Positions 55,058 through 64,000 of a DNA stretch of 64,000 nucleotides are shown here, piece after piece (the stretch's first letter is position 1; every line of letters starts with the position of its first letter). The stretch lies in IMG/VR virus record IMGVR_UViG_3300043446_002688, one strand, 5' to 3'. The notes under the pieces were generated by a model that did not search any database, was not told the origin of the DNA, and was given only the letters and a program-made list of their open reading frames with translations. The translations under genes and the position numbers were made by a program. Source of the stretch: a virus.

Positions 55058-55641
55058 AATATTTCCAAAGTACTCCAAAAATAGCGGTAACAGACAAATA
55101 TGGTAATTCTGTTATATACAGAAATATCATGGCCAGACTGAGCATCATTCCTGCCGTTTTGAAAAATCCATTATTGTATTATGAATATGATGTGCAAGAA
55201 GGCGATACACCAGAGATTGTTGCACACAAATATTATGGTAATGTTAATCGTTACTGGATTGTGTTGTTCAGTAACCAAATGATGGATCCACAATGGGATT
55301 GGCCACTAGATTATAGAAATTTGGCATCTTATATTGAGGACAAATATGAGAATCCAGAAGCTATACATTCATACCAAAAGATTATAACATTAACCAATTT
55401 GTTGGAAAACAACACAACCGTAAACACATATACCATAAGTGAAGCGGAATATAATGATATTGTGGAAGAAACAAAAACGATTGAAATGGCTAGTGGTGTT
55501 GTTATCTATCAATTAGAAAAGAAATCTTTAACAAATTATGAATATGAAGTTGAATCTAACGATTCAAAGAGAAGTATCAAATTGTTAAATAGAGATTATG
55601 CTTCACAATTAGAACAAGAGTTTCAGGCTCTGATGAGTTAA
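55054..55641 (+). CDS. 53: Baseplate wedge subunit gp53
   Basis: MKYFQ..P, GDTPEIVAHKYYG, YWIVL..N..DPQWDWP. Confidence 0.9.
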   Translation: MKYFQSTPKIAVTDKYGNSVIYRNIMARLSIIPAVLKNPLLYYEYDVQEGDTPEIVAHKYYGNVNRYWIVLFSNQMMDPQWDWPLDYRNLASYIEDKYENPEAIHSYQKIITLTNLLENNTTVNTYTISEAEYNDIVEETKTIEMASGVVIYQLEKKSLTNYEYEVESNDSKRSIKLLNRDYASQLEQEFQALMS

Positions 55642-55642
55642 T

Positions 55643-56980
55643 ATGGATGATTTCTCAGATACAACCGGCACTTACTCAACACAAGATGCTGGTATAGATA
55701 AAATTTCATTAACCACCGCTGGTGGTGATGTAGTTGATTTGAAAAGATTAGTTATTGAATTGTCCTATTTTGAGGACATTTATAGTTTTTCTGCTTCTGG
55801 TTATGTTATGTTGAGAGATTCTTTGGGTTTGATTGAAAAAATGCAAATTACCGGTAAAGAATTGATTGACATTTCTTTTGGTAAGACGCAAGATGGTGAA
55901 AGAAATATTAAGAAAACTTTTAGAATATACAAAATTGGTGATAGAAAACCAACCGGCAACCTGAGTAGTGAAACTTATAAATTATACTTTTGTTCGGAAG
56001 AATTGATACTATCTGAACAAATCAAAGTATCCAAGTCATATACAGGTTGGAAAATATCTGATATGGTTTCTGATATATTATTTCACAAATTAAAAACGCC
56101 AAATAATAAAATATACAACATCGAACAGACAACTGGTCTTTATGATTTTGTTGTTCCTTTATTAAAACCATTTGAAGCAATCAGTTGGTTGTCATTATAC
56201 GCAAGACCAGCTTATACTGATTTGGTTGGTGCAGATATGTTGTTATTTGAGAACAAAAATGGATTTAATTTTAGGTCTATCTCAACAATGATGGCACAAA
56301 ATCCATATACAACATATATCTACCAACAAAACAACTTAAAAAAAGATATACAGAATTTTAATAGTAGAACAAGGTCTGTTCTAAATTTTGAAGTCAAAAA
56401 AACATTTGATGCACTCAACGAAACATCGTCTGGTGCATATGCAAATAGAACGATTACGATAGACCCACTCACAAGGTCATATAAAGTTACCGATTTTGAC
56501 TACAACCAATACACAAAACAGATTAAACCTATGAATGGTTCTGGTGTATTACCCAATTCTACCAATAGATTGGGACTGAAACCAAATCAAGCATATGAAG
56601 GTTCATTAAAAGTTCTATGGGGAAATTCGGAAGAAGAAAAGAACCCATACATAAAGGAACGTGCAGGTTCGGTAGCAAAAGACATATTTGCAGAAACCTA
56701 TGTTCGTTATAGAACTGCACAGATGGCATTAGCAAATCACACGGTGTTGAAACTGGTGATTCCTGGTGACCCTGGACTGGCAGCAGGTAGCACAATAACA
56801 TTTAATGTGTTTTCTTTAACAGGTGGTACCGACAAAGATATCGACAAATTTTATTCTGGTAAATATTTGGTAACGGCAGTCAGACATATTTTACAATCTC
56901 AAGGTGTATACCAAACGATTGTTGAAATCGCAAAAGAAAGTTCGATGGCTGCATATCAATCCGTATCTACAACTAAGTGA
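55643..56980 (+). CDS. Baseplate hub protein (gp27-like)
   Basis: LSYFEDIYS..SG..L.D, LLFENKNGFNF.S, SGKYLVTAVRH; position between gp53 and gp5. Confidence 0.7.
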   Translation: MDDFSDTTGTYSTQDAGIDKISLTTAGGDVVDLKRLVIELSYFEDIYSFSASGYVMLRDSLGLIEKMQITGKELIDISFGKTQDGERNIKKTFRIYKIGDRKPTGNLSSETYKLYFCSEELILSEQIKVSKSYTGWKISDMVSDILFHKLKTPNNKIYNIEQTTGLYDFVVPLLKPFEAISWLSLYARPAYTDLVGADMLLFENKNGFNFRSISTMMAQNPYTTYIYQQNNLKKDIQNFNSRTRSVLNFEVKKTFDALNETSSGAYANRTITIDPLTRSYKVTDFDYNQYTKQIKPMNGSGVLPNSTNRLGLKPNQAYEGSLKVLWGNSEEEKNPYIKERAGSVAKDIFAETYVRYRTAQMALANHTVLKLVIPGDPGLAAGSTITFNVFSLTGGTDKDIDKFYSGKYLVTAVRHILQSQGVYQTIVEIAKESSMAAYQSVSTTK

Positions 56981-56987
56981 GAGATAA

Positions 56988-58130
56988 ATGGGAAATTATG
57001 TAACTAAATCTACAAACATATGGACTGGTGTTGTTGAAGATACAAAAGATCCATTAAATCTTGGTCGTTGCAAGGTGCGTGTTTTTGGTGTTCATTCAGA
57101 TAATCTGCGTGAAGTTCCAACTTCCACATTACCTTGGGCAACACCAATTTATTCTCCAAACACAGGAAAAACATTCTCAACCTTGGTAGAAGGTGATTAT
57201 GTTATTGGTTATTTTCAAGACGGTGAAGGTTCTCAAGTTCCAGTTATTTTGGGTATAACTCCAGGTATTCTTGCTCAAGCATACAATAAAGCCAAAGGGT
57301 TTTCACCACAAAGCAAAGATCCAATCAAAACAGATTTACCAACAGGACAATCACACGGTCCAGTTACAACACCACCATCAGCAAGAAGTGATATTGCAAA
57401 TACAGCAATATATTACACAAACAAAGTTACAGACCATGCTTGTGATTTTAGATACCAAATAAACTTAGATGTGGGTTTAGGTACATTTATCAATCCTGTT
57501 ACAGCTATACAAGACGCAATTAAGGCAGGCAAAAACAGAGCTGCTATGCAAATGCGCTTATTGGTTGGTGTGTTGGCAGATAATTTGAGAAAAGCGGTCA
57601 ATGCAATTATTGCTGTATTAGGTTTGGACAAGACTGGTGTTTTGTCTATGAGTTATTCGGTAGCAAAAGACATTTTCAGAAAAATCAATGAAATGACAAT
57701 GAAAGTTGCTGAAGTTGTGGAAATGGCCGCATATTATACTTCATTGGTAAAAGAAATACAACAAATTATTGATTATCTAAAGAGTTTGCCATCAAGAGTC
57801 TTGGCAATGGTACAAGATTGTATCTTTGGTTTTGTGAATTCGATTAAAAACTTCGTAACTCAGGTAAAGGCTATTCCTGGTGCCGTTCAAAGTTCTGCGG
57901 AAAACATTTTCTCACAATTATCAAGTTCTGCAAACGAGACTCTAAATTTGGTAACTCAAAGTGCAACAGCCAATCCTGTGCCAGCATCGTTGTCTACTCT
58001 AATCAGTAATCCATCTGCGGCATCTGCAAATTTAGCAAATACATACTTGAGTACATTTGCAAACACAGAAACGACATTGGCAAATAGTACAGCAAATTCA
58101 TACAATAAATCCAAAACACAATCGCCATGA
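56988..58130 (+). CDS. gp5 N-terminal OB-fold protein (5' half of a split spike)
   Basis: WTGVVED..DPLNLGRCKVRVFG.H, LPWA, EGD.V.GYF.DG...Q.P.ILG. Confidence 0.85.
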   Translation: MGNYVTKSTNIWTGVVEDTKDPLNLGRCKVRVFGVHSDNLREVPTSTLPWATPIYSPNTGKTFSTLVEGDYVIGYFQDGEGSQVPVILGITPGILAQAYNKAKGFSPQSKDPIKTDLPTGQSHGPVTTPPSARSDIANTAIYYTNKVTDHACDFRYQINLDVGLGTFINPVTAIQDAIKAGKNRAAMQMRLLVGVLADNLRKAVNAIIAVLGLDKTGVLSMSYSVAKDIFRKINEMTMKVAEVVEMAAYYTSLVKEIQQIIDYLKSLPSRVLAMVQDCIFGFVNSIKNFVTQVKAIPGAVQSSAENIFSQLSSSANETLNLVTQSATANPVPASLSTLISNPSAASANLANTYLSTFANTETTLANSTANSYNKSKTQSP

Positions 58131-58963
58131 GTGAAAAACCAAGTTTTTACAAAGGGTTCTTTGAACCAGAATCAGCAGCAAATACTGATTATCAACCAGA
58201 ATATCGTTACAACAATGTGACGGCCACACCTCGTGGTCATATGTTTGAGTTGGACGATACACCAACCCGTGAACGCATTAGACTTTCACACCGTTCAGGC
58301 ACTTTTATTGAAATGCATCCTAACGGTGATGAGGTGCATAAGGTTTTTGGTGATGGTTATGAAATTACAATCAAAGACAAGAATGTATTAATCAAAGGTA
58401 CTTGTAATATCACCATCGAAGGTGATTGTAATATGCATATTATGGGTGACAAGGTTGAAACAATTGATGGTAATCTGGAACAACATATTAAGGGTAACTA
58501 CACACAGGTTGTTGAGAAAACAAGTAATATTACCACAGTAAACAATATGAGAATAACTGCTGGAGCTGGTATTGCTGGCAGTTTGACTATTTCCACAGGC
58601 GACTGTTTGATGTTGAATTGTGACTTATCAACTGAAGGTGAGATTACAGCCAACAAGATTACTTCACGCACCCGTATTGATGCTTTCACTGGAATGAGTG
58701 CAGGTGTCGATGGTTTCGTCACATTAACTGGTGGCGTAGGTGTTGGTGTTCCTGTTGCGGTACCAACAAAAGTTATATGTTCAACAGATGTTATTGCTGG
58801 TGCCACAGTTGATGCAGGAGTTGCAGTCAACTCACCAAGTGGTAATTTTGGTGTTATGAATGCTATTTTGATGACGGACGAAATGAATACAACAATATAC
58901 GATACGCACATTCATCCTTCACCAAAGGGTCCTACCGGACCACCAACATCACCGATGCTTTAA
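58127..58963 (+). CDS. gp5 C-terminal beta-helix spike (3' half of a split spike)
   Basis: GHMFELDDTP.RERI...HRSGTF.EMHPNG, beta-helix repeats, terminal THIH. Confidence 0.85.
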   Translation: MSEKPSFYKGFFEPESAANTDYQPEYRYNNVTATPRGHMFELDDTPTRERIRLSHRSGTFIEMHPNGDEVHKVFGDGYEITIKDKNVLIKGTCNITIEGDCNMHIMGDKVETIDGNLEQHIKGNYTQVVEKTSNITTVNNMRITAGAGIAGSLTISTGDCLMLNCDLSTEGEITANKITSRTRIDAFTGMSAGVDGFVTLTGGVGVGVPVAVPTKVICSTDVIAGATVDAGVAVNSPSGNFGVMNAILMTDEMNTTIYDTHIHPSPKGPTGPPTSPML

Positions 58964-58972
58964 GGAGATATT

Positions 58973-59776
58973 ATGGGTATTTTTGAAAGACTAGGATACA
59001 ATTCGGCAGCGGTGGGAAACAATGTAATTGAGTTTTCCGCAAATGTTATTGCCTATATGAACACTTTGCCACCTTTACTGGAAACATGGCAAATGGAAGA
59101 TATCGCAAATAATGATGTTGGTGGATACTTCAAAAATCCAGTGGCCAATGTCACAAACAATATCTGGACAACCTGTAATACGATAATTTCGATAACCGGA
59201 CTCAGTTCTTCAAATATCAATGCAATTTATGTGGTGAGTTCAAATTTATCAGCAAACATCACTCCATCCTTCAAGGATCACACGGATAGATTGTCTGGTG
59301 TTTCTCCTGTCTCAGGAAATACAGCCGAATTACCACATTATAGTACCGCAATCGCCTCAGGTAAACTATTGACAAACTTAATATACCAATCTGATGGAGT
59401 TCAAAATAACGCACCAATTGTTGGCAATTTTACTAGTTTATACACAGAAAATGACTTGGTCTCTTATTATTCAACAATTCAAAACTATCCAACAATCATA
59501 CAAAACAGTATGATTTCAACAAGTGATGGATTGGGTGGTTACACATATTCATCAAATCTATCACAGGCAACTGCAAATGCGATGGTTGCCAATTTGACTA
59601 GTATCGCAACATTTATGAATTCCAGAAGAAACGGTGATGTTAGTTTTTACAACAATTCTCAGAATGTAATCAGAGACTACAAATCAGTTAGGGAGTTCAG
59701 TAACATGGGACAAACGCAAACCGAAATGATTAATTTGGTCGGATCTGACAAACTGAAAGAAAGACTAAATTCCTAA
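58973..59776 (+). CDS. Hypothetical virion protein
   Basis: AAGGAG RBS; Asn/Ser/Thr-rich; inside the baseplate operon. Confidence 0.7.
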   Translation: MGIFERLGYNSAAVGNNVIEFSANVIAYMNTLPPLLETWQMEDIANNDVGGYFKNPVANVTNNIWTTCNTIISITGLSSSNINAIYVVSSNLSANITPSFKDHTDRLSGVSPVSGNTAELPHYSTAIASGKLLTNLIYQSDGVQNNAPIVGNFTSLYTENDLVSYYSTIQNYPTIIQNSMISTSDGLGGYTYSSNLSQATANAMVANLTSIATFMNSRRNGDVSFYNNSQNVIRDYKSVREFSNMGQTQTEMINLVGSDKLKERLNS

Positions 59777-59870
59777 AATTTCGATTTTTCACTTTCCGGC
59801 CCAAGAATTTTCTCCGACAGCTTCAAAGTTCCAAAAAGCGATTTTACTCCTACACTAACATAAATAAAAG

Positions 59871-60263
59871 ATGGCAAACTTACAAAAGATTTACTCCGAT
59901 ATAGACTTCACGTTCACAAGAAACCCTGTGACGAGTGATGTTGCCTTGAGTTACGACAGGCAAGCGGTGATTCGTTCTATCAGAAATCTATTGCAAACAA
60001 AACACTACGATAGACTTTTTAATCCTGACCTAGGTTCAAATGTAGACGCAATTTTATTTGAAAATATGTCAGACATGACTGCAATGACCTTGCAGAGAGA
60101 AGTTTCTTCTTTAATTAAAACATATGAACCGAGAGCTATACTTAAAGAAGTGACTGTTTCTCCATTATTTGATAAAAATGCATACAATGTCAGTGTAACC
60201 TTTTTTATTGAAAATGCCACGCAGTCCACAACCGCAACAATTCTTTTAGAGAGAAACAGATAA
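59871..60263 (+). CDS. 25: Baseplate wedge subunit gp25
   Basis: YSDIDF.F, AVIRSIRNL, RLFNPDLGS, YEPR. Confidence 0.92.
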   Translation: MANLQKIYSDIDFTFTRNPVTSDVALSYDRQAVIRSIRNLLQTKHYDRLFNPDLGSNVDAILFENMSDMTAMTLQREVSSLIKTYEPRAILKEVTVSPLFDKNAYNVSVTFFIENATQSTTATILLERNR

Positions 60264-60264
60264 A

Positions 60265-62349
60265 ATGGCAGGTGCAAATTCTAATATTCAAATAACAGAT
60301 TTGGATTTTGACACAATCAAAAACAATCTAAAGACATTCTTACGTTCACAAACAACTTTGCAAGACTATGACTATGAAGGTTCTGCATTGTCAACATTGT
60401 TGGATGTCTTGGCATATAACACACAATATAATGCATACTATTTGAACATGGTTGCCAACGAAATGTTCCTGGATACAGCAATTATGAGAAATTCTGTTGT
60501 CTCACAGGCAAAATTGTTAAATTATGTACCAAAATCTATCATTTCTCCATCAGCCAATGTCAATATCACAGTAAACGGTGTCACATCACCCACACTAACA
60601 TTGACCCGTGGTACAAAGTTAATGTCTGAATCTATTGATGGTGTTAATTACACATTTACAACCACAGATGATAAAACAGTTGAAGTTAACTTAGCAACCA
60701 ATGTGGCTGAGTTCAACAATGTCGAAATTAAACAAGGCGTCATTTCAACTGCAAGTTTTGCAGTAAACAATGCTGTTAATAAAAATTCTTTGTTTAGTAT
60801 ACCTGATGCAAATATTGATGTTACAACTATGACTGTAACTGTTGCACAATCAAGTTCCAATACCGCATTTGATGTTTACAAAGAATCAAAATCATTTCTT
60901 TCATTGAACAGTTCTTCTAAGGTATATTTCTTACAAGAAGGTTTGAATGGAAACTATGAAATATATTTTGGTGATGGTATATTAGGTAAAAAATTAGTTG
61001 ATGGAAATATTGTAACAATAACCTACATCAGTTCTAGTGGCACAGCATCTTCTGGTGCGAACAGTTTCATTTTAATGGACACAGTTGGCGGTTACTCAAA
61101 TGTTTCCTTTTCTAGTGTTACTGCGGCTTCTAAAGGTGCAGAAAGGGAAAGTATTGATTCTATTAAATTCCAAGCACCAAAAGCATACTCTGCCCAAGGT
61201 CGTGCAGTAAGTAAGGACGATTATATTACAGCCATTCAACAAAACAATCTAGGTTATTCTTTTGATGCTGTTAATGTTTGGGGTGGAGAAGATAATGATC
61301 CACCATCATATGGTTCAGTATTCATTTCTTTGAAACCAACTGGTGCATATGCATTTACACAAACACAAAAAGAAAAGTTGATTAATGATGTTGTGAAACC
61401 AATTTCTGTATTGACTGTCGAACCAAAAATTGTGGATCCAGATTACACATATCTACAATTAACAGCCAATGTTTTGTTTGATCCAAAGAGAACAAACTTA
61501 ACAGCAACACAACTACAATCAAATATCAAGGCTGCAATATCAAGTTATGCCAACACATCATTGAATACATTCAATTCAACATTCTCCGTGACAGATTTCA
61601 ATGAAGTTGTTAGAAATACCAATCAATCCATCATTGCAAATGAGATTGAAGTAAAAGTGCAGAAGAAATTCTATCCAAATTTAACAACACCAACAACCTA
61701 CAATCTATATTATGGAACAAAATTGAAGAAGGGTATGTTTGAAAGTGGTGTTAATTCTTCGCCATCTTTCCAACTTAGAAACCCACTAAACCTTGCACAG
61801 ACAATTGATGGTGTATTCATTGAAGAAGTTCCTTCATCTACTGGTGGTGTCGAATCAATTTCAATTTTGAATCCAGGTTTTAGTTATCAATCCACACCAA
61901 CAGTTACAATCAAAGGTGATGGCAAAGGCGCAACAGCAATTGCTACATTGAATACAAATGGAACAATCAAGTCGGTTAAAGTAACAAATTCTGGTTCGGG
62001 TTATACATCAGCGATTGCGGAAGTTACACCAGCAGCAAGTGATACAACAGGACAATCTGGTTCTTTAGTTGTCAACTTGGAAGGTCGTTACGGTACATTA
62101 AGAACATACTACAATAACACAAAGAATGTTAAAACTGTGTTAAATAATAATGTTGGTACAATTGATTATCAAGCAGGTATAGTTACATTAAACTCATTCA
62201 ACCCATTGAATGTGAACAATGAATTGGGTCAATTTACCATTACTGCCAATCCAACCACAACAATCATTTCATCTTCATTTAATAGAATCATAACAGTTGA
62301 TCCATTCGATGCAAGTGCTATTGTTGTTAATGTTACTGCCAAAACATGA
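60265..62349 (+). CDS. 6: Baseplate wedge subunit gp6
   Basis: LDFDTIK.NLK.FL, LLDVLAYNT.YNAYY.NM.ANE.FLD.A, QGRAVS.DDY, VWGGEDN.PP.YG.VFIS. Confidence 0.93.
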   Translation: MAGANSNIQITDLDFDTIKNNLKTFLRSQTTLQDYDYEGSALSTLLDVLAYNTQYNAYYLNMVANEMFLDTAIMRNSVVSQAKLLNYVPKSIISPSANVNITVNGVTSPTLTLTRGTKLMSESIDGVNYTFTTTDDKTVEVNLATNVAEFNNVEIKQGVISTASFAVNNAVNKNSLFSIPDANIDVTTMTVTVAQSSSNTAFDVYKESKSFLSLNSSSKVYFLQEGLNGNYEIYFGDGILGKKLVDGNIVTITYISSSGTASSGANSFILMDTVGGYSNVSFSSVTAASKGAERESIDSIKFQAPKAYSAQGRAVSKDDYITAIQQNNLGYSFDAVNVWGGEDNDPPSYGSVFISLKPTGAYAFTQTQKEKLINDVVKPISVLTVEPKIVDPDYTYLQLTANVLFDPKRTNLTATQLQSNIKAAISSYANTSLNTFNSTFSVTDFNEVVRNTNQSIIANEIEVKVQKKFYPNLTTPTTYNLYYGTKLKKGMFESGVNSSPSFQLRNPLNLAQTIDGVFIEEVPSSTGGVESISILNPGFSYQSTPTVTIKGDGKGATAIATLNTNGTIKSVKVTNSGSGYTSAIAEVTPAASDTTGQSGSLVVNLEGRYGTLRTYYNNTKNVKTVLNNNVGTIDYQAGIVTLNSFNPLNVNNELGQFTITANPTTTIISSSFNRIITVDPFDASAIVVNVTAKT

Positions 62350-64000
62350 TAGTAAGTAATAATAAGACCTCATTATTGGTAACGCAACAGTTACCAGAAT
62401 TTGTCAGGGATAACCCAGACTACGCCAACTTTTCTCTGTTTCTGAAGGCATACTATGAATGGATGGAACAAACAGGTCAAGTTACAGAAGGTTCTAAGAA
62501 CCTTTTGTCGTATAAGGACATAGATAGAACTGCAAACAATTTCTTGCAGTATTTCACCAACGATTTTCTACCAAACTTTCCAAAAGAAACTTTGATTGAT
62601 GAACAACAGGCAATAAAAGTTGCCAAACAACTGTACAATTCTAAAGGTACACCTGCATCATATCAATTTCTCTTTAAGATTCTTTTCAATTCTGAGTTTG
62701 AATACTTTAATACAAAAGATGCCGTGTTTAAGGCATCTGATGGCATTTGGTATGTTGCAAAGAGTTTGAAGTTGAACACACAAGATGAACGTTTTTTGCA
62801 GATAGATAACTATCGTATCATTGGCGAAACAACTAAATCTATTGCAACAATCGAAAACTCAGTTGTTTCTGGTAATAAAATTGATGTATTCATTTCAAAC
62901 ATCGAACGATTATTTCAATCTGGAGAGTTTGTTCGTGTTGTAGACAACAACAATCAAGATATCATTATCAATGGTTCAAACCTTAGAGCAAAAGTTGTGG
63001 GTCAAGTCAGTCAATTAAGAGTTGATCCGAGAGCCAGAGGTTTACTATACAAAGTTGGTGATCCAGTAATTGTTTTTAACGGTCTGAGTTCAAACACTGG
63101 AATTGAAGCTACTGCTGAAGTTTCTGCAACAACTAGAGGTTCTATTCAGCGTATTAACGTTGTGAGTGGTGGTTATGGTTATACATACACACCAAATACT
63201 GTGATTGATATCACAGGTGATGGTTTAGGTGCGAAAGCAGTTGTAGGTTCTTTTGATCCAGACTTACGCAAACGAGCTAATGTCACCTTTGCACCAACAA
63301 GTTCTATTACATTAGCCAGATTCACCACAATCGGCAATACAAATTATACTTTCTTACAGAACCATCCAACCGCAAATGCCAACACATCGTTAGCAAACGC
63401 ATTTTCTTTTGCATCTTTTACCACTTATCCTCTATCATCCATTTTAGTTGAGAATGGTGGTGGAGGATTCTCAACAGTACCAACAGTATCAGCCACATCA
63501 ACTTATGAAAATGATACTGGTGGATTTGATGACATTAGTAAGTTGGGTATCTTATCACCAATACAAGTGTCTGTCCGTGGCCATGGTTACAGAGCAAACG
63601 ACAAGATTATTATTGAAGGTGGTTCTGGTGTTGGTGCATATGCCAATGTTATTTCTGTTGCGGCAAACGGCGCCATTCTGAATGTTGCATATGTTTATGA
63701 CCACACACAAAACATTCCAACATATCCTTTGGGCGGCCTTGGTTTCAGAAACGAAAACTTACCAACACTTAGAGTTGTATCTGCAAACAATCAAGCTGCA
63801 AATGCGGTACTGACTGTGCCTAGTGTTCTTGGTACTGGTGCATCATTCTCTGTTATTGTAGACCGTGCAGGTTCAGTAACATCAATTAAATTATTGACAG
63901 CGGGTGAAGATTATGTATCTACACCAAATGTTTCATTGAAGGTGCAAGATATTGTTGTATCTAATGTTTCTATCTTGGATCTTCCAAGAAAAGGTGATGT
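62346..64000 (+). CDS. 7: Baseplate wedge initiator gp7-like (3'-partial, absent from the ORF track)
   Basis: MIVSNNKTSLLVTQQLPEFVRDNPDY..F..FLKAYYEWME, SKGTPASYQFLFKILFN; frame appears open to the window end. Confidence 0.85.
   Translation, partial: MIVSNNKTSLLVTQQLPEFVRDNPDYANFSLFLKAYYEWMEQTGQVTEGSKNLLSYKDIDRTANNFLQYFTNDFLPNFPKETLIDEQQAIKVAKQLYNSKGTPASYQFLFKILFNSEFEYFNTKDAVFKASDGIWYVAKSLKLNTQDERFLQIDNYRIIGETTKSIATIENSVVSGNKIDVFISNIERLFQSGEFVRVVDNNNQDIIINGSNLRAKVVGQVSQLRVDPRARGLLYKVGDPVIVFNGLSSNTGIEATAEVSATTRGSIQRINVVSGGYGYTYTPNTVIDITGDGLGAKAVVGSFDPDLRKRANVTFAPTSSITLARFTTIGNTNYTFLQNHPTANANTSLANAFSFASFTTYPLSSILVENGGGGFSTVPTVSATSTYENDTGGFDDISKLGILSPIQVSVRGHGYRANDKIIIEGGSGVGAYANVISVAANGAILNVAYVYDHTQNIPTYPLGGLGFRNENLPTLRVVSANNQAANAVLTVPSVLGTGASFSVIVDRAGSVTSIKLLTAGEDYVSTPNVSLKVQDIVVSNVSILDLPRKGD

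Noticed and set aside
59777-59858. 82-bp non-coding gap in the baseplate operon
   Set aside because: No convincing hairpin or repeat beyond the adjacent late promoter
1-64000. Many short alternative-frame and antisense ORFs in the track (e.g. 467, 2876, 7781, 23231, 28097, 45336, 50164, 58498)
   Set aside because: They are shadows of recognisable genes and lack RBSs or motifs
1-64000. Stop-codon reassignment
   Set aside because: Core genes translate full-length in the standard code

Overview
64-kb segment of a large T4-like (Tevenvirinae-related, myovirus) phage genome in the standard genetic code. The host is probably a Gram-negative proteobacterium, inferred from the sigma70-type promoters, lipoproteins, an outer-membrane beta-barrel and an ssrA tag ending in AA. 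Left to right: (1) nucleotide/DNA metabolism block (nrdA partial, GATase-like gene, thioredoxin, nrdB, GIY-YIG endonuclease II-like, RNase H, VWA/CobT-like, MazG-like). (2) An inverted, visibly more GC-rich early cassette (11.5-13.4 kb) with almost one promoter per gene, including a Gp88-like protein. (3) A divergent non-coding hub (13.5-13.96 kb) with a tandem DnaA-box cluster and repeated dyad boxes. (4) About 23 kb of small early genes plus AAA ATPases, a dexA-like exonuclease, rIIA/rIIB, CobS-like, a nucleotidyltransferase, a metallophosphoesterase and an epimerase. (5) HNH homing endonuclease, denV-like, phoH, exonuclease, and a glycine-rich/2OG-Fe(II)/beta-propeller module. (6) A circularly permuted two-piece tmRNA, an inverted GIY-YIG homing endonuclease and a second tmRNA-like mini-RNA module. 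(7) Beta-barrel, SleB hydrolase, gp33, a DUF4338/Mom-like gene, gp59, HAD nucleotidase, gp32. (8) Tail/baseplate genes: two tape-measure-like genes, gp26 with a predicted -1 frameshift into gp51, gp54, gp2, gp4, gp48, gp53, hub, split gp5, gp25, gp6 and partial gp7. All family assignments come from motif recognition, not database searches. Best leads: the tmRNA plus mini-RNA locus, the DnaA-box hub, the gp26/gp51 frameshift and the AATAC-N4-GTATT promoter box.
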